Source: Raillietiella orientalis (Eukaryota). From it: DNA of 64,000 nucleotides. Location: positions 930,001-994,000 of the forward strand of contig JAYWIR010000018.1 in assembly GCA_036172245.1 (NCBI GenBank). The letters are read 5' to 3'. Shown piece after piece: positions 1 through 14,350 of this stretch. A program made the position numbers and the translations under genes. The notes under the pieces were generated by a model. That model saw only the letters and a program-made list of their open reading frames with translations, had not been told where the DNA came from and did not search any database. Numbering within the stretch: the stretch's first letter is position 1; every line of letters begins with the position of its first letter.

Positions 1-2520
1 TGGCACTTGGCATCCTGAAAACGAAGCGTTCCCACAGAAGGCAGGAAAACTCGGTTCCCCAAGCACACGTGTTCCTTTCTTGCAGCGCTGGTTTGGATTC
101 GGCGACCACAAAAGAAAAAAAAAAAAAGGGATACAAAACGGGAGCTGAACGATGCGAAGAAGTCGAGCAGCCTGAGGTTCAGGCCTGCCCGAAGGTCCTC
201 AACCTGAATTCCGGCCACCTCGCAGGACGTAGAAGGGATGCATCCCTCAGCTGAAGATGGGCACCTCGAAAGGACGCGGAACACGGCGGCAGAATGTTCC
301 GCCTAGGGTCCCTTGGAGGGAGGCACTCCACGTCCTTGGATGCGTGCGATGCACAAAGTGCGACGGGACGCGTGCACTCCACGACATCTGAAACGGCGCC
401 GTAGAGTGCGGAGGAGAGACTAACGTGACCGGCGAATCTACTCTCTTCCTCCAGGTGGGTCTTCTACGGGACGAAGCGTTTGGGGAAGAACAAGACATCC
501 GCGTTTGTCAAGTGCATCGTTACCCTGCGACGGCATCTGCTTTCTCGTGCAGTCTCCCTGAATCCTGTCGGTCCAGACTTGAGAGATGCGGCGACAACTC
601 AGCTTCCTTCAACCGGCGATTCCCTGGACTTCCACTGCGGGAGAAGATCCTTCCAGCATCCGTGCTGCTCTCCCCTTTCTCGAAGCCTCTTAGTGAACAT
701 CTGAAAGCACCGTCTTCCGTCCATCCCCAGAGCCTTCTCTAGCAGCTCATCAGAGGGGGCGCATCTTCCTGCTGTCGGGAAGAAACGGCTGCCGACAGCA
801 AGTTGCCCGCAAAGCAGAAGAACCGGCGCCACCGCTGAGGGGCCACGTCCTCCCCTCCGCTCCCCTCCTCCCCCTTGGCGCGACGCAGCGACATGCGAGG
901 AAGGCTGAAGCTTCGGGTGGCGTAGCAGCATGGCGTGGTGGACTCGCGCGGACAGGCCTCAACGCTTTCCAGAATGTTTCAGAGCTCCCCCCTTCGACCC
1001 TTTTCTGCCCCACAGGCAGTCGCGCACGGATGGCTCTGGATGCCCCTTATCGCCTCTCCCCCCCCCCCCCCTTCAACCATCGGCGCGAGATCGCCCTCTT
1101 CACCCTCAAGAGCACTGCGGCCGGTGCTCTTCCCGTTTCAGCTTTCCTGAGCCTCTTCGCCGGCGAGAAGATCTGCGAATCCTTGCGGAAGTCCATCCCG
1201 GCGGCAACCACGATCTTCGACTCCCATTTGAAAATCCGGCTGGTCCACCATACTGAGCGTGCTCGTTCGCCTGCTAGCTCGAGGTGGGTCGCTTCTCCTC
1301 CTCAAAGAACTCCTCGACACCACGGAGCAGGATGGCGGCGACCCTCCTTCCTTCGGTCGTCTACCCGAGGTGTTAGGAAAAACCTACAATGAACCACAAA
1401 GAGGTTTCGCGGGAGACACTCGGAAGTAGGAGTAGAAGCTCCCCTCTTGGCAGGACAAGCATCTTCTGTGAGAACTCCTCCCGTGCTTCTGACAGGACAA
1501 CAAGAAGCCCAAAAAAGCAGATGGAGCTGATTTTCCTATAGTAGGAGAGGAAGGTTCCTTCCTCCCCCGGAGCGCCCGGAGACCTCGGGGCCACCTCCAG
1601 CGGGAGGAATCTCGCGATCCTGAGCTTGGTGTTGCCACCGCACGATGGAGCACCCCATCTCTCCGGTCCCCGGAAAGTGCCTCGGAGGTCGCTGGGAACG
1701 GCGACGGAGTGCCCTCTGGGGTCGGCATATGCGGAAGGCGTGTGGGCATGCTGAGTCTTCTGGCGGGCACACATCTGCCAGAGGTGCCCGCTCAGCGTGG
1801 CCGTCGGCTCCCCTGAGCTCCTCGTCAAGCCGATGAGGGAGGGGGGGGTGAGCACCGACATGGCGTCACTTCACCTCAGCAAAGAGGCTGCCTCGACCCA
1901 GTCCAGCCTCAGAGAGAGTTTCCGGAAGCTCTCCGCACGGGGCTGAAGCGCATCGCTTCCTTGGAGACCAAGCACCAGTACCAGACGCTGGCTCTCGGTG
2001 CTTCCCTCGACCCGGTCCTGGACGCGGCAAGAGAGGAGTCCACCACGGCAGCGGGACTTCCGCTGCAGTAATGTTCGTCCGCAAGGGGCAGGGGGTGGCC
2101 CGTCTGCGCGTTCCTCCCTCCCTCGCTTTCCACACGCAGGGAAGAGTAAAAGAGTGTGCCACGTGCGGGTAGCGGGAGTCCCTCCCCACCTTATAGTTGA
2201 CTGTCCTGCCCTCCGGCCCCTGTGGGAACGTCTCGGAACGACCCTTGGGATACCGGTTGGCGGCAACCCCAGAGACGTTTACAGTCTTCTCTTCGTGCGG
2301 GACGCCCTGCGGCCAGCCGCAGTCCTGGCAGCACTTTGCTGCATCCGTGGTATTCTGGCGGCCTGGAGTGAAGCCGAAGATGAAGATGCCAACGCTACGG
2401 ACGTCATCCCGTATGCTGTTTGCTTCCTTCAGAGAGCTACCGGATGGCCCCAGCTAGGTGGATTAAAGGACCTCGAGGGCATCCTGCAAAGGATGGACCC
2501 TCCTCCCAGTGGGCAGTGAT
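1..2520 (+). mobile_element. Decayed L1/Tx1-like LINE, ORF2 remnant
   Basis: RT motif GCPLSPL near 1047, interrupted by a C run. C-terminal zf-RVT-like HLIVDCPALRPLW near 2187-2226. Many frameshifts; T-rich tract after 2520. Confidence 0.65.
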
Positions 2521-3969
2521 CCCTTCCCTGCCCTCCAAAAAAATTTTTTTTTGTATTGTTTTATTTTTATTTTTGTTTTTCCCCCATCCCCTTCCACTGC
2601 CGAGGAGAGTCACGCTGGTCTGCGTACCGGGGTTCCGGCAGGTTCGGAGAAATGTTAGCCGTTAGTGGGGTCTTGTACCACGTTTCGTTATGACCCTAAA
2701 GTGAGTTTGAATAAACGTCCCGGCGTATCCGGGTGGCATCGCTTTCCACACCCGAGAACAGCATCCGAGGCGTGGGAGGTGCGCAAGAGCGACGACCCGA
2801 CACTCCGCGCGCGCCGGAGGAGGCAGAGCAATGGGGAGGTCTCGACCGAAACTGCTCCGACTCTGTCTCCGTGTGAAGTCGGCGCCCGCGTAGCGTGAGC
2901 GCATAGGGCAGCAGGTACGGGGCTCCCAGAGGAGCCTCCAGGCTTCGTCTTGCCTTACGGCGGCTGCGGAGGAGCGTCCGGGCATTCCTCTCCGCACGTC
3001 CGCGTTGTGACGGCTCGATGTCAAGGAGATCCGCGCTGGGCCTCGGACGTCCCTGCAGGCGGAGTCCCACGGGGACGCGTTGCAGAGCCGGCCCTCGGGC
3101 GATTCCCGGTCGCGGGGCGCGACATCCCCTTCCCATTGCCGGGCGCCCGAGGCGCCCGAGCGCTCGATGATGCACTCCAGAATATGTCCCCCCGCGGACG
3201 GAAGCAGGGAGAAGGGAGGACGTCCTTCTTCGCGGCGGCGGCCCCATGTGTTTTGAGCGTGTGAGCACGCGCCAACATGTGCTCGAAAGACCGGTGATCG
3301 GCCAACGCGCGTCCGACGAGCAGCGGTGGCTCCAGCTGCGTCACGCGTGGGGACACCTGCTCCGTTTTCTGGAACCCTACCGGTCGATCCCTCATGCCGC
3401 CCAGGCCGGCGGGTGCACGCATGAATCGTGATGCTCGGGAGACGCCCCCATCCCCGCTTGACCCACACCTGTCCCGTCCGGAGCGCCTGGATGCCTGTGG
3501 CTCAAGAGATTTGTCTCTTGTGGTGCAGCTACCCTGTAAAGTGCAATAATGATTCTTCCGCAGGATCATTATTAAAACCCCCGGTAGACGGTCCAATGGG
3601 AGAGAGCCATCTTTGTTAGAGGAACAGTCCGCATAGCTGGCAAGTTGTGGAGGCCTCTCCCCTCTGAACCAGCGGCTCCTCTGATGCGTTCCATTCACCT
3701 GACCCCCCAGAGCCAACCGAGCGCCGAGCTCGTTCCGCCGACCTCAGGCGGGAGAACTCACAGAGGAGTCTGGAAGTCGGTGGTGAAAGACAACAGTCGG
3801 AGGTGCGGGAGGAAGGAGCTGGAAAGAGGAAGCCGGGAAGAGCACCCCCGAGCCTTCCATTAGGGACTTTGGGGCATCCGGAGCGCTTCGGTGTCGCGGA
3901 AACCGAATTATCAACGGAAAGAGGGGAGAAAGAAAGAAACGCTGGCTTAGCGATTATTCTTGGATAGTG

Positions 3970-5260
3970 CCTTTCAGAGCACCAAGGAAACCACAGCTTT
4001 GGCTGCGCCCCTTGTTAGGAGAGCCTCCTATCAGAGCACAACTGTCGCTGCAGGGTGATCCCAAAGCGTCGGGTGGCTCACGCGCCCGGTGCGAAGCTCG
4101 TCAGATCCCGCGCAAGGTGCTTGGTGGTTGTCACGGACAGCGGCGTCCCCTCCCAAGGTCCGTGGGACATCGGGCGCAAGGACCCACCTGCCGAAGGGAA
4201 GGTCCCTGGAGGTCCTGGAGAGCACCCGCACACACCCTCTGGGTGCCGTCGGAACACAACAGAGCCGTCGCTGTTTTCCGGCGCTGCGCCTCCGTAGGGG
4301 CCAGTAGCGGGTTCCGGCGAGCGGGGGTGGCAGGTCGTCGTGGCGAGGAAAGGGGTTCGGGCGCGCGCGCGAGGGAGCTCGCCTGCAGTTATCCTCGGAG
4401 CAGATCTCTGTGTTGGCGGCGAGAGCGCTCCAGAGAGACGCCGAATGTCTTTAGTGAAGCGGGGCTTCACGACGACAGCCTGTAATCACCATCGAGTGGC
4501 TTCCGAGCCCCCGGAGAAACGGGCGGCGATGACGGGATCGGAGCCGCGTCTGCATCCTGTCGTTGGAGTTTTGTTTTTTTCTTTTTTCCCTTTTTTTTTT
4601 TTTTTTTTCGATTCCCGGCATGCTTCGCCCTCGCAACAGCTCCGACACGGGGGCAAGACTTCCAGCTTCAGGGAACGCGCTCCTGGGATCCTATTCCTCG
4701 CGCCCCACCCTCCTGGCAGGGCGAACACGGTGGTCCGAGTTCTTCGAAGTCGAAGTGCGTAGGATGAGCGCAGTGGGCTCGCTCCATCAAACCCGGTTCA
4801 CCGACACTGCGCAAAGGGCAGAAGTGAAACTGGCCCCTCGGCCGTGCTGGAAGGAAAATGCCAGGAGCGGCATCGGGGAACCTCCCGTGTCCCCTTCCTG
4901 CCTCGACTCTGAACTCTCGCGCGCGCCAGTGCCGGGAGCGCACCTTTAAAGGTGAAAGATATCACCCCCGGGGATCCGAAGATTCACCTGGACGCCTTCT
5001 TCCGGTTCCCAAGCGAGGAATGAGCCCGCGAGGACAAGGACGAACGGGGAAGGAACGGGTGAAGGAGCCGGCGTGCCCTCCGACCTTTTCCCGGTCCTAC
5101 TCTCGCGGACGCACGCAACGTCCCAGAAGCGAGGAAAGATTCCGGAAGATCCATCCGGAAGGCGGAGTCGCTCGGTGCGTGCTCGATCCCCTCGGAGCCT
5201 CCAGTGCTTCTGGAAGGCAGAGGGACCTTGGCACTTGTTTTCGGGGAGCAGGAACTTCAT
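3970..5260 (+). mobile_element. Possible decayed LINE fragment (RT C-terminus / RNase H-like)
   Basis: ARCLVVVTDSGVPSQGPW loosely resembles KYLGV.ID..L.F..H; RSPRSLQCF loosely resembles SDS.SALQ.L. Motif resemblance only. Confidence 0.3.
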
Positions 5261-5559
5261 AGGAAGGATCACTGGTCATTGATCATTGAGGAGGACGGGG
5301 GACTGGTCCTCATCCGAAAGTGCAGAGGTCTCTAATGAAAGGAGTTCAACTTGTCACCCCCCCCCTCCCTCCCTTCCTTCCCCACACACAGAACCTGCTT
5401 TCGCCGGGGAAGAGCAGATCTGGAGCATTTGAAACAAGCCTTCGGCGTCCGTTGTCATGTTCTTTGGATCCTGGAAAGGATGCCAGCAAAGATCTCGCAA
5501 ATTACGGAGAAAAAAAAAAAAAAAGATAGAGGATGGAGCAAGATTCCCTCTCCATTGCT

Positions 5560-6960
5560 CCATGTTTAGTGTGGACCCCCCTCATGGTTTCCCTAGTCCC
5601 TATCCTGGAGAACGCACCGACAACGAACTTCGATAGTGTCTTCCCATCCGCACTTTGATGCTCATGGATGCCGGAAGACTTCTTCCTTCTGATGCGTGAT
5701 TTCATAAATAGCTGAGATTTACTTCTTTCGTGCCTGCCGAAAATGCTTAGGGAACATCGTGGGTTCTTCCTGAAACCGTGACATTCGCGACCCGAAGCAG
5801 GAGAAATCCTAGAAAACACTGAAAAATGATCCAGCAGATGTCGATTCGGTCCGGAGCGAGACACGCTAAGACGGAAACCTGTACAGGGGAGCAAAAATCG
5901 CATCTGTTGGCACGTAAGCGCGCAGAGAAAAATGTCATCACACTCTTCTCGACTAGCATCCTCACAGGTTTCCCATAACTCTTGAGGTGCATCTTCGTCA
6001 TCCGCGAACACGGGTCTGGGGGGGAAGAGTCACACCCGAATGCATGCAAACAGGAAAGCAGTAAATCCAGATCCAATGGATGAGTTTGTATGCGAAGTGT
6101 TGCCTGAAAACAAATGTGTTTGCCGCAGCAAATCCGCAGGCAGCCTCTCGAAAAAAAGAAGACGTGAGGAAACAATAGATGAGTCGAAGTTAAAGGGAAA
6201 ATCGAGAACGAAGGCCGGAGGACCGTCTGCACAGATCACCGTCTGAACACGCGGAACAGACAGCGGAGGTGCTGAAGCAGTCACCGAGGCTTAGTTCGGT
6301 TGAGATCTTCTTGGAACTGGGTCACATTTTCGGAAAGGTGATTAATTCAATCGTGATTGCAAGAATTACCTGCATTGCATTAACCTTAATTTACTCGGCA
6401 CTGGAACCGGCGGCAATAGCGTTCCGAAGCACACAAGCAAACAGCTAAGAAGTGCACCAGGACGCTGGTCATCCAAGAAAAATAGCGTCAAGCTCCTAGT
6501 CCAAAGAACCTCAACGCCAGGAACGATGGAAACAGCTGAACAGACAGATTCACCGCACGTATGTCCGGCAAAAGCAGGCAACCCAACTGACTAGGAGGAC
6601 CCTTCCAAGAAGTGGACGTTTTCCGTCGTTTTCCCAGCCTTTGGACTCCGGGATCCATTCCTACCGGCAGAAAAGCACGGGTTCTCCTGCACACAGCAGC
6701 AACGGGGATGGAAAGTTTTCCTGAACCCACCCCTCAGGAGCATCAGGAAATAGGACAGGAGAAACACCTGGTTAAAGCAAGCCACTCAATCACTCAGCAA
6801 AACACACGGAGGGCACACATACGGGAAGCAGTCACTAACTCTAGACCACCATTCGAAGCGTGTGAACGTTGGATAACGAGTTCGAAGAGTCTTTCGAAAG
6901 TTCTTCAACATGATCTTGCATCCCACGGACCTAAAGGATGCACTGCGTGTTTCCCCGCGC
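5560..6960 (-). mobile_element. Decayed L1/Tx1-like reverse transcriptase
   Basis: RT motifs in correct order across frames: LLPDI...IVPG; AFVLDFPFNFDSS...LLFFERLP (cf. LDFEKAFDSV); FADD catalytic motif near 6000; FSVFSRIS. Confidence 0.7.
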
Positions 6961-8299
6961 ACATTCAGTTGTGAACTTGAAATTCAAGAAGGATGTGTGT
7001 GTGTGTTTCAAAAAAAAAAAAGAAAAAGGAGGATGAAAGCAATCTTTTCCATCTTTTGATTCATCGCTTTCCGCTGGATCTTACATGGAGAAGTTCCTGC
7101 GGATACATTTACTTACGCAGAGAAAATCCATTACAAAGCAATTTTGAAACGAGTGACGGTGCTGGGCGTGCAACGAAATTTCTGGCACAAACAAAGGCGA
7201 CCTTAGGTTGAAAAAACAAAGAAACAAACACAAACAGAAATCCACTGAAAGCAAGCAGACGGCGCCGATAATGGTGTACCACCGTACACCATTATCGGAA
7301 CACTGAAGGATGACGGCGCGATCTGAAGTCTTTACGCTAATCCTCAAGGCTCTCGTCAGATTCTGTCTTCAGCTAGTGGTAGACAGTCGAATTGCATATC
7401 CCAAACAGATACCATGGACCACAGGTAGGCAAGAATGCTTTTATGTTTATCCATCGCCTAAGTGGTCTTTTGTGCCCAATCCGAAAACGAGTTTCATCCT
7501 GAACGGAACTGGATCCCTACTGAAGATCCTTCTTCCATCACCCCTAAGGATCCCTAAGAAATCTCCTTCTGCTCCTCAGCAAAAGTGACTCTTCTTCTCG
7601 GGAGGAACAAGAGAGCAAATGAACTACAAGCATGCAACTTGATGCGAAGGTCTTCTCCATTCCCATTCTCCACGCATGGAGACTTTCAAGAAGGTCTCTG
7701 CGTATGGAGAAGACCTTCTTGAAGCAGGAAGACCTTCACACGGCTGGATCGTAGACCTTCACATGGTCGGGATTGGAAGTTGATCCTCCAAGGCCCTTCC
7801 AGGAATCCAGGAGTCCTTCGGAGTTCCTCTCCGGTTGTGAAAATAGCCGTCGCCTCCCCATCCCCCCTGCAGAAGGACCTTCCATCGAGTACCGTGAAAC
7901 TGGTTGATACCCCCTTCGGGGGTTGCCTCTCCAGAGTATCAAGAGGCTCGCTGCTCCTTTCAAGGAAGTGCCTTTTAAAGAAATTGGGAAGCGTCCCTTA
8001 GGGGTTCTCCTCAGTGGGAGGAACAAGGAGAGGTTCCCTTGCGGCTTGCCCTTCGAAGAACAAATGAGGAGTGCCCCCCACACACACACAAATACCAAGT
8101 GTTCTTTCCGGGGAGAATAAGGAAAAGATTCCCATTGGGGTTCCCTTTGGAGACAACCTGGGCGAGGGTTCCTGAGTAGGAGGAATGGACCCTTCCTAAA
8201 TTCATAGGTGGTCCCTACGGGTTGTCCCCTAACTTGAAAAGTCACTAAGCGCACGCTCAGGTCAGTGGACCGTGTCAAACGGCTTCATGAGCCCCTAGG

Positions 8300-10900
8300 C
8301 GAACGGTTCCTTAGCGAGCCCCCCCATGGCGTTCCCATCTTGATGCTGTCGCATTTGTGCCCAGCTGCGGCTGGACCGATTCCTCGGGACCGGGAGCAGA
8401 AGTTGCCTTAGGTTCTGGGGAGCAGCTTCCAAGCGAAGACAAGCCCCCCATTCGTCGGCTCCCCGTCATCCGACAGATTTTCTTCCGTTCCCTTCCGGTG
8501 CTGCGCTCGTTCATCCGACACGGAAGCTCACGGATTTGCTCGTTCCTCGTTTCCCAATCCTCGCTGGATGTCCATTTGTGTGTTCCTCTCCCACGCAGCG
8601 TCATCTGCTCCTCATTACCGCTTGCCTTCGATCCCGATTCCGATGCTCCCAAGGAGCGGTCTGGTTTAAGGCTTCCCCGTTTTGCTTCCACTTCCCTTTT
8701 CTCCATGCGAAGCAGATGCCAGGTTTCCAGGTTGACGGTTTCCAGGAGCCCGCGCGAGATGTCCACGTCGCGCTGAGCGGAGACTGAGCAGGGTGTGTGT
8801 GTGGGCAAAGCGACGCGACTTTCCCCCAAGCAAGGCCAGCCCCTTCCCGACTGGGATCAACCACATCCCGTCCCTGCACATCGTGACTGCCGCCATTCCA
8901 TTTCCAGTAACAATAATCACCACAGACGCGTGATGCCCAGGGAAATGAGATTCTTCCCTAATTCCCGGGTCAGCTCTGGATCAAAGGAGACCCGGAAAAC
9001 GAGAACCACTAGTGATGACCCCGACATCCTGAGCTGGCATCAAAGGATTTGCTTCCGAGAAACTGGCTTGCTGGTCTACTCCGTTCCATCGCGTCCTGTA
9101 ACGACAGACGCGAGACGTCCATCCGCTCACCTCCCCACAAACAAAGGACTCCACCCTGACCTGTGCGGATGTCCTCTTCCTGAGATTTTTCGCATCGGTT
9201 GGTCAAGCAGGGGGCATGACTGACGTTACGCTCCGCTGAACTAAAAAGTTTTGGCATCAAACTGGGACGCCGAGTCACGAAGATGTGGAGTGGAGGACAT
9301 CGCAGGGGCTGTCCTTGCTGAAACCACATCGGCAGTGCCGCCTCCATCCGATGGTCAGTGAATGGGAGTAGAGGTCAGTAAAGGTGCTTCTCTAGAGGTC
9401 TCTGGAAAAGGTTCCCATGAACCCAGCAAATGCATCTGCCATACTGCCAGACCACAAGGCGTTCCCATCTTGTCATCGCATCATCAAAGGGAGACCTCCT
9501 AACCCTCGAGGTACTTAGTCTTTAGGGAGGCTCCTCGACCTCGATGGGTCAACAACCAAGGCTCCTGCAAACGTCCCCCTGGGTTCTGGAATAAGACCCC
9601 TGACTCCTGATGTCCCAGCGTTGGAGCTTTTTTTTCTCTTCGCCGACAGTCCTGGATGCGACGCCCTCCTCTCTTCCTATTTTTTCTTAGGGACCAGACA
9701 CAGTAGACTCGCACGGACCAGAGCACTAGCTTGACTGGCGTGCAGGTGTCTAGTTAGCTGGACTACCGGTCGTTTTCCGGGGGGGTGCCCCTCGTATGGG
9801 CTCCAGACCTCGATGGACAGCGGTCAACGTCGAGACGATGGATCCAGTGGGACGCCCGCGACTCGGTGGTCCATCAGACCTCCTCCAAGCGAGGCGACAG
9901 GGTTCCGCCCCTGTTTCTTGGGCTTCTGGGCTGCACCCCGAGCTCTCAGGTGGGAGACCATCCTGCTGACTTTCTCCCGGGAAACTCAGCACGAGCATCC
10001 AAGAGAGCCAACAACATGACGATCCTGCGAAGGAACCAAAGGGCTAATACCAAAAATACGGGATCGTGGCGGAATGGGATGGGGGAAAGGGAGAGAGTCT
10101 GCCTCTCCTGCAGCCGTCAGAGCTCCCGAGTGTGGCAGGCGCACCCCTGTGACAATTGAGAACTGTTTCGTGGGCGCAAATCTTATCATCCGGGGTGGCA
10201 TTATCTTCCAGATCACGACGGGAAGGCGCCTACAACCTGACTTACGAAAGGGTGGAGGCCCTCGTGCCGCCGCCCGGCTGCCATGACAACGATCACAGCG
10301 TGCTGCTGCCTCCGTGAAGCGGCACTGAGGGCTTCCCGTATTTTTTGCTTCTCGAACGCGCGTCTGCTGATGCGTCCGCTGCCGGGCGCTTAGCCGGAGA
10401 TCCCGCTGTAGGGAGGAAGGGAAGCTGGACCTTCCTCCACACTATGCACGGGTGGGTACGTTCGCGTGCCCCTTCCGTCCTCGCGAACAGATCGTCGTAA
10501 CTGCTCGGCAGATTCCGGTGCTCCGGTCCTCGGAAGGAGGAATCGCCAGCTGCCACTCCAGCGACGATGCACCCATCGCCACTCTTCCCCCTACGGGAAC
10601 TACCCAACCATCCGCGTCGAAGACTCGAGGTGCCCTTGCACGAATGCCAGCGAATGGAGACTCACCTGGCAACGACTCGGTCGTTGCCAGTTGAGTCTGT
10701 TGGCAGATGGGGGCTCCGGTCGGAACTTTCCAAACCGCTGGATTCCGTCTGCGAAGGAGGCGTGCGCGCTTCTCTTGAAGCCGCCTGGTTTCCCGCGCGG
10801 CGGCGGTGCTCGCAGGTGGTGACGTCACCTCCATCCCTGCTCAACCGAACGCTCCGAGCCAGCGCGCGCTCAAATTGCATCTGGTCGGTCTCTCAGATGC
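8300..10900 (-). mobile_element. Decayed LINE with RT and RNase H remnants (I/R1-group-like)
   Basis: TKQFSIVTGVR near 10150 (cf. F.V..GVRQG) and an upstream remnant of the YRPI.LL region near 10500. Frameshifted GNE.ADDAA RNase H motif at ~8595-8619. Confidence 0.5.
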
Positions 10901-11699
10901 AGAAGAACTTCGCCCATCTTCGAGTTTCTTATGGCGAAGAATAAATAAATGAAGAGATGAATAAATAAAAAATGCAACGCTGAGCAGAGGGATTATCTTG
11001 TGAGCATGGCAACCCATAAACAAATTAAGCTATAAAAGGAAGTAAATGAGTCAAAGAGGGGACTGTAAAGTGCAGTTTCCCCCGAGCCAGCGAAGCATCC
11101 CGGAAAGGGAATCAGCGACGGGGCGTGGATGGCGACATGGACCCTCTAATCAGCCGAGGGCTGTTCCCTGCGACGCCGTGAGTTTTCTATTCAGCCGGCA
11201 GGCTGGCGAACGGAAGAATTTCAGGCAAGACGGTGGTGCGGCCTCGGACTGCCGGAAGCGCAGGGCGGGGTTTGAAGACACCCGGGGATGGCCTTGCCGA
11301 GAATAACGGGAGAGATGGGTGGGGGAGGGGGAGAGGAGGAACAACCCCGAATTCTCCCCCAAGGTCGCGATCGATCCGGAGGGTGGCAGGGGAGGCCGAG
11401 AAAGAGGAGCGGCGAGAGCCTCTACCCACGCAGAAGAAGGCGTCGGCTCGGGTCGGAAGGAATCCCGCCCGTCTCTTCCGCAGGATGGACGGGCGCTGAG
11501 AGATGCCGAATGAGAGGCAGCAGCAGAGACGGGGGGAGAGTCCACGCAGTGCCCACCAACGCTGTGGTGTGCGCCACCTCACGGCTCCCCGGGCGTCCAG
11601 GCCGCCAGGGTGACGCCCCCACCATCGCAAAGCCGAGGCGGCGAGAGCGAATCGCCTCGTGACGTCCGCCTTTGAGGCGCGGGGAGCTGCCGCGAGCCG

Positions 11700-14350
11700 A
11701 GTCCTCCGGCAAGGAGGCCGCCGGCCGACCGCCTTGCGACGGTTTGCCTGCGCGCGCGAGCGTCCTCACAGAGCTCCGAGCGCTGCAGACGCTCCGACAA
11801 GCCTTTGCGGCCTGCTAGCGGCATCCGCTCATTACAGAGACTCGGGAGCTTCAGACGGAGACACCTGCCTCCCGGGATGGAAGGGAGCTCCTCCTCCTCC
11901 TCCGCTCCACCGCCTTCGCTTCCCTTTCGTTGTACCCGCTGCGGGCAGCTCGCATGCATCCAGGCAGGCGTGGACACCTCTCCCGGAAACCATGACGTTC
12001 CCATTCCACATACCCCCACCGCGACGCGACCATCCATAGGAAGCTGAAATTCCAGGGACACCACCGTCTTTTTTGGATCTTCAGCTGGGAAATCACCTTA
12101 TGGATTCGTCCTCCTCCTGAAGATTTCGGGAGCTCCCAGACGGAAGCTCCGGCCCTACAAGGGCCCCGCGTAGCAGTGTTACGTCGACGTTTTTACGTTT
12201 TTCGTCACGCCTAAGGGGAAGGGAGAAGAATGGCACCGTTTGCATCGGCTCCCGGAGAGAAAGGGGGGAGGGAAGGAATGGGGAACCAAAGATCGTAGGG
12301 GCAGTAGGGGCACCTGCACTCTCGGCCATGGGGAGGCAGGAGAACATCCAGCTCGCCTTTAGTGGATCTGGAAGCTTCTTTCTTTCCCAGGGGTAACTCC
12401 CCCGCGCACTCGAGGTGGAGGCAAAAAGCTGCGGCACAGAACTAGCAGGCTTTCGCCTCCGGCGCAGCTGGCACGTAAACTTCAACAGGAGAGACGGCGT
12501 GGGGGGGAAGAAGGGAACCCCACTCGCCAACAGACAACGTGGATGCTGACGCTGGGGAGGGAAGGCGAAAGCAGGGGCTCTCCTGTGACCTCGAATGTCG
12601 CCAGAGGGGAGCCGGTGGACCCAGTTCCTCCCTTCGAGGATTCGGAGATGCTGCCGAGACCATCACGCCAAGCGCGGGGATTCCCCGAGGATCGGAAGGC
12701 GACGGTCCTCCCTTGGGAAAAGGGCAGGAGAGAAGGGGGCAGGAACCGCCGTCCTGCCGAGGAGGGAAGTCATCTTGGGAGCGCTGCAGCCTGGTTCGTT
12801 CCAGCTGTCGAAGGCAGAGCGGGAGGGAAGGCAGGAAGAGGGGGAGGTGAGAAAAGGCGCTCCGAGGCTGAGATTTCACGCCGGAAGGGGGAGCTGAAGG
12901 AGGCGATGCGAGGTTGCCATGACGACACCCGAGCCGGACCGGACGCGAGTCTCAGCCAAGTCCCTACTTCCCCTACTTTTCCACTCCTCCTCTTCCCAGC
13001 GCGAAGTGCCGCAGCTCTCCGCGGATATCCTCACTCCGGAAGGAGTTTCTTCCATCCCTTCCCTGCCTCCCCGGACCCGAGCGCCACGCACGCGCGGAAG
13101 TGCGTCCTATTCATCCGGGAGACGGTGCGCCAGCTCGGGAAGCCGCGGGCACCACCATCCCCGCAGCGCTCCGAGAGTCTCAGGAGGAACCGCTGCTTGC
13201 CGCTGCACCCGCGCAGATGGGCCAGCAAACCCTGCCGGAGGAGGCTGGTCGTACAGGACAGTTCCGGTGTCCCGGAATGGGCGTGCCGACCCCCGCCCCC
13301 TCTGCCGGGGTCCATGCTGCAGACTCCACACCTCGTGGAAAGAGGGCGCTTGGCCGTGCGATCTCCCCAGACAGTGCCGGGGGGAACGGGCCGAACTGGA
13401 AGTCCACATACGCGATCCGTTGCCCGGTTACCCCGATCGAACCCGTACTTGCTCCCAAGTGAGGCGTTTTCGAGTGCAGAAGCCACCTCTGTCCATGGAA
13501 GGCGGCTGAAGACCCCACGAGAACCTGGGATGAACGAGACGCGAGCACGGGACGGAGCGTCGAGCGCACCCTGGAGCCGCCCTTTTCCCTTCGAGAGAAC
13601 CGCTTGCCTCCTACCTCCAGCACTCCTCTTCAACGGTACCCACTGGAGGGGGTGCCAGCCGTGCCCTTTGCCTCCCCCAAACGCACAAAGCAGCATTCCC
13701 GGTCGCAGCCCGCGTTTCGTGAGGGATCAACGGCGGCACTTGCGAGGCCGATGGGGACCGTGCGAGAGACGGCTGCGGGATGGCCATCATCCCTTGGCTG
13801 CTACCTCCGGAACCAGAGGATCCTACACCGTTCTTGGCAGAGCGAGACTTCCTCCTTCACGGTGAACTGGGAATCCTTCTGGTCACGAGCACACCCGCGT
13901 ACGAACCACCCGGAGGGATGTGATTGGCGAACGAGGAATGGACGCAGGCGTTGCGTGGGCTGCTGCTGGCAGCAGGGAGGCATCCGTGTTGCAGCCCAAG
14001 AGAGTCCGGTGTGCGCGCGCTTCCGGCAGGAGCATCGGACTTGGCCGCAGGGCCTCCACAACTCGCACCCTCAGCCCTTCTGAAAACCAGGAATGGCCTC
14101 GCGTCTTGCGCGCTGGACAGAGCCGCGATGAACCAGGAAAGCAGCCGCACGGGTCGGGCTGTATGAGAAGTGGCAGGAGACCACTCTTTCGTGAACCACA
14201 CCATGGAGTCTGCGTGCTTCCTCGCATGCGCCTCGAGTTCTTTGCTACAAGCACCAAAGGTTCTTCTTTCTTTAGCACCTGTTCTGCCGCCAAGAGTGCA
14301 TGCTGACCCTTGACCTGCTCCTTCCTTTTCTTCTTCTACTTCACTTTTCT
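11700..14350 (+). mobile_element. Decayed L1/Tx1-like LINE (ORF1 knuckle plus ORF2 remnants)
   Basis: RCTRCGQL zinc-knuckle remnant near 11930; LLPLLFH near 12965 (cf. LSPLLF); VNWESFW and a Cys/His-rich zf-RVT-like tail at 13860-14230. Confidence 0.45.

Noticed and set aside
2660..3500. GC-rich ORF cluster, possibly another LINE 3' end
   Set aside because: No diagnostic motif could be read with confidence.
12543..13865. 440-aa plus-strand ORF
   Set aside because: Arg/Pro/Gly-rich with no coherent domain; consistent with a stop-poor frame in a GC-rich decayed LINE.
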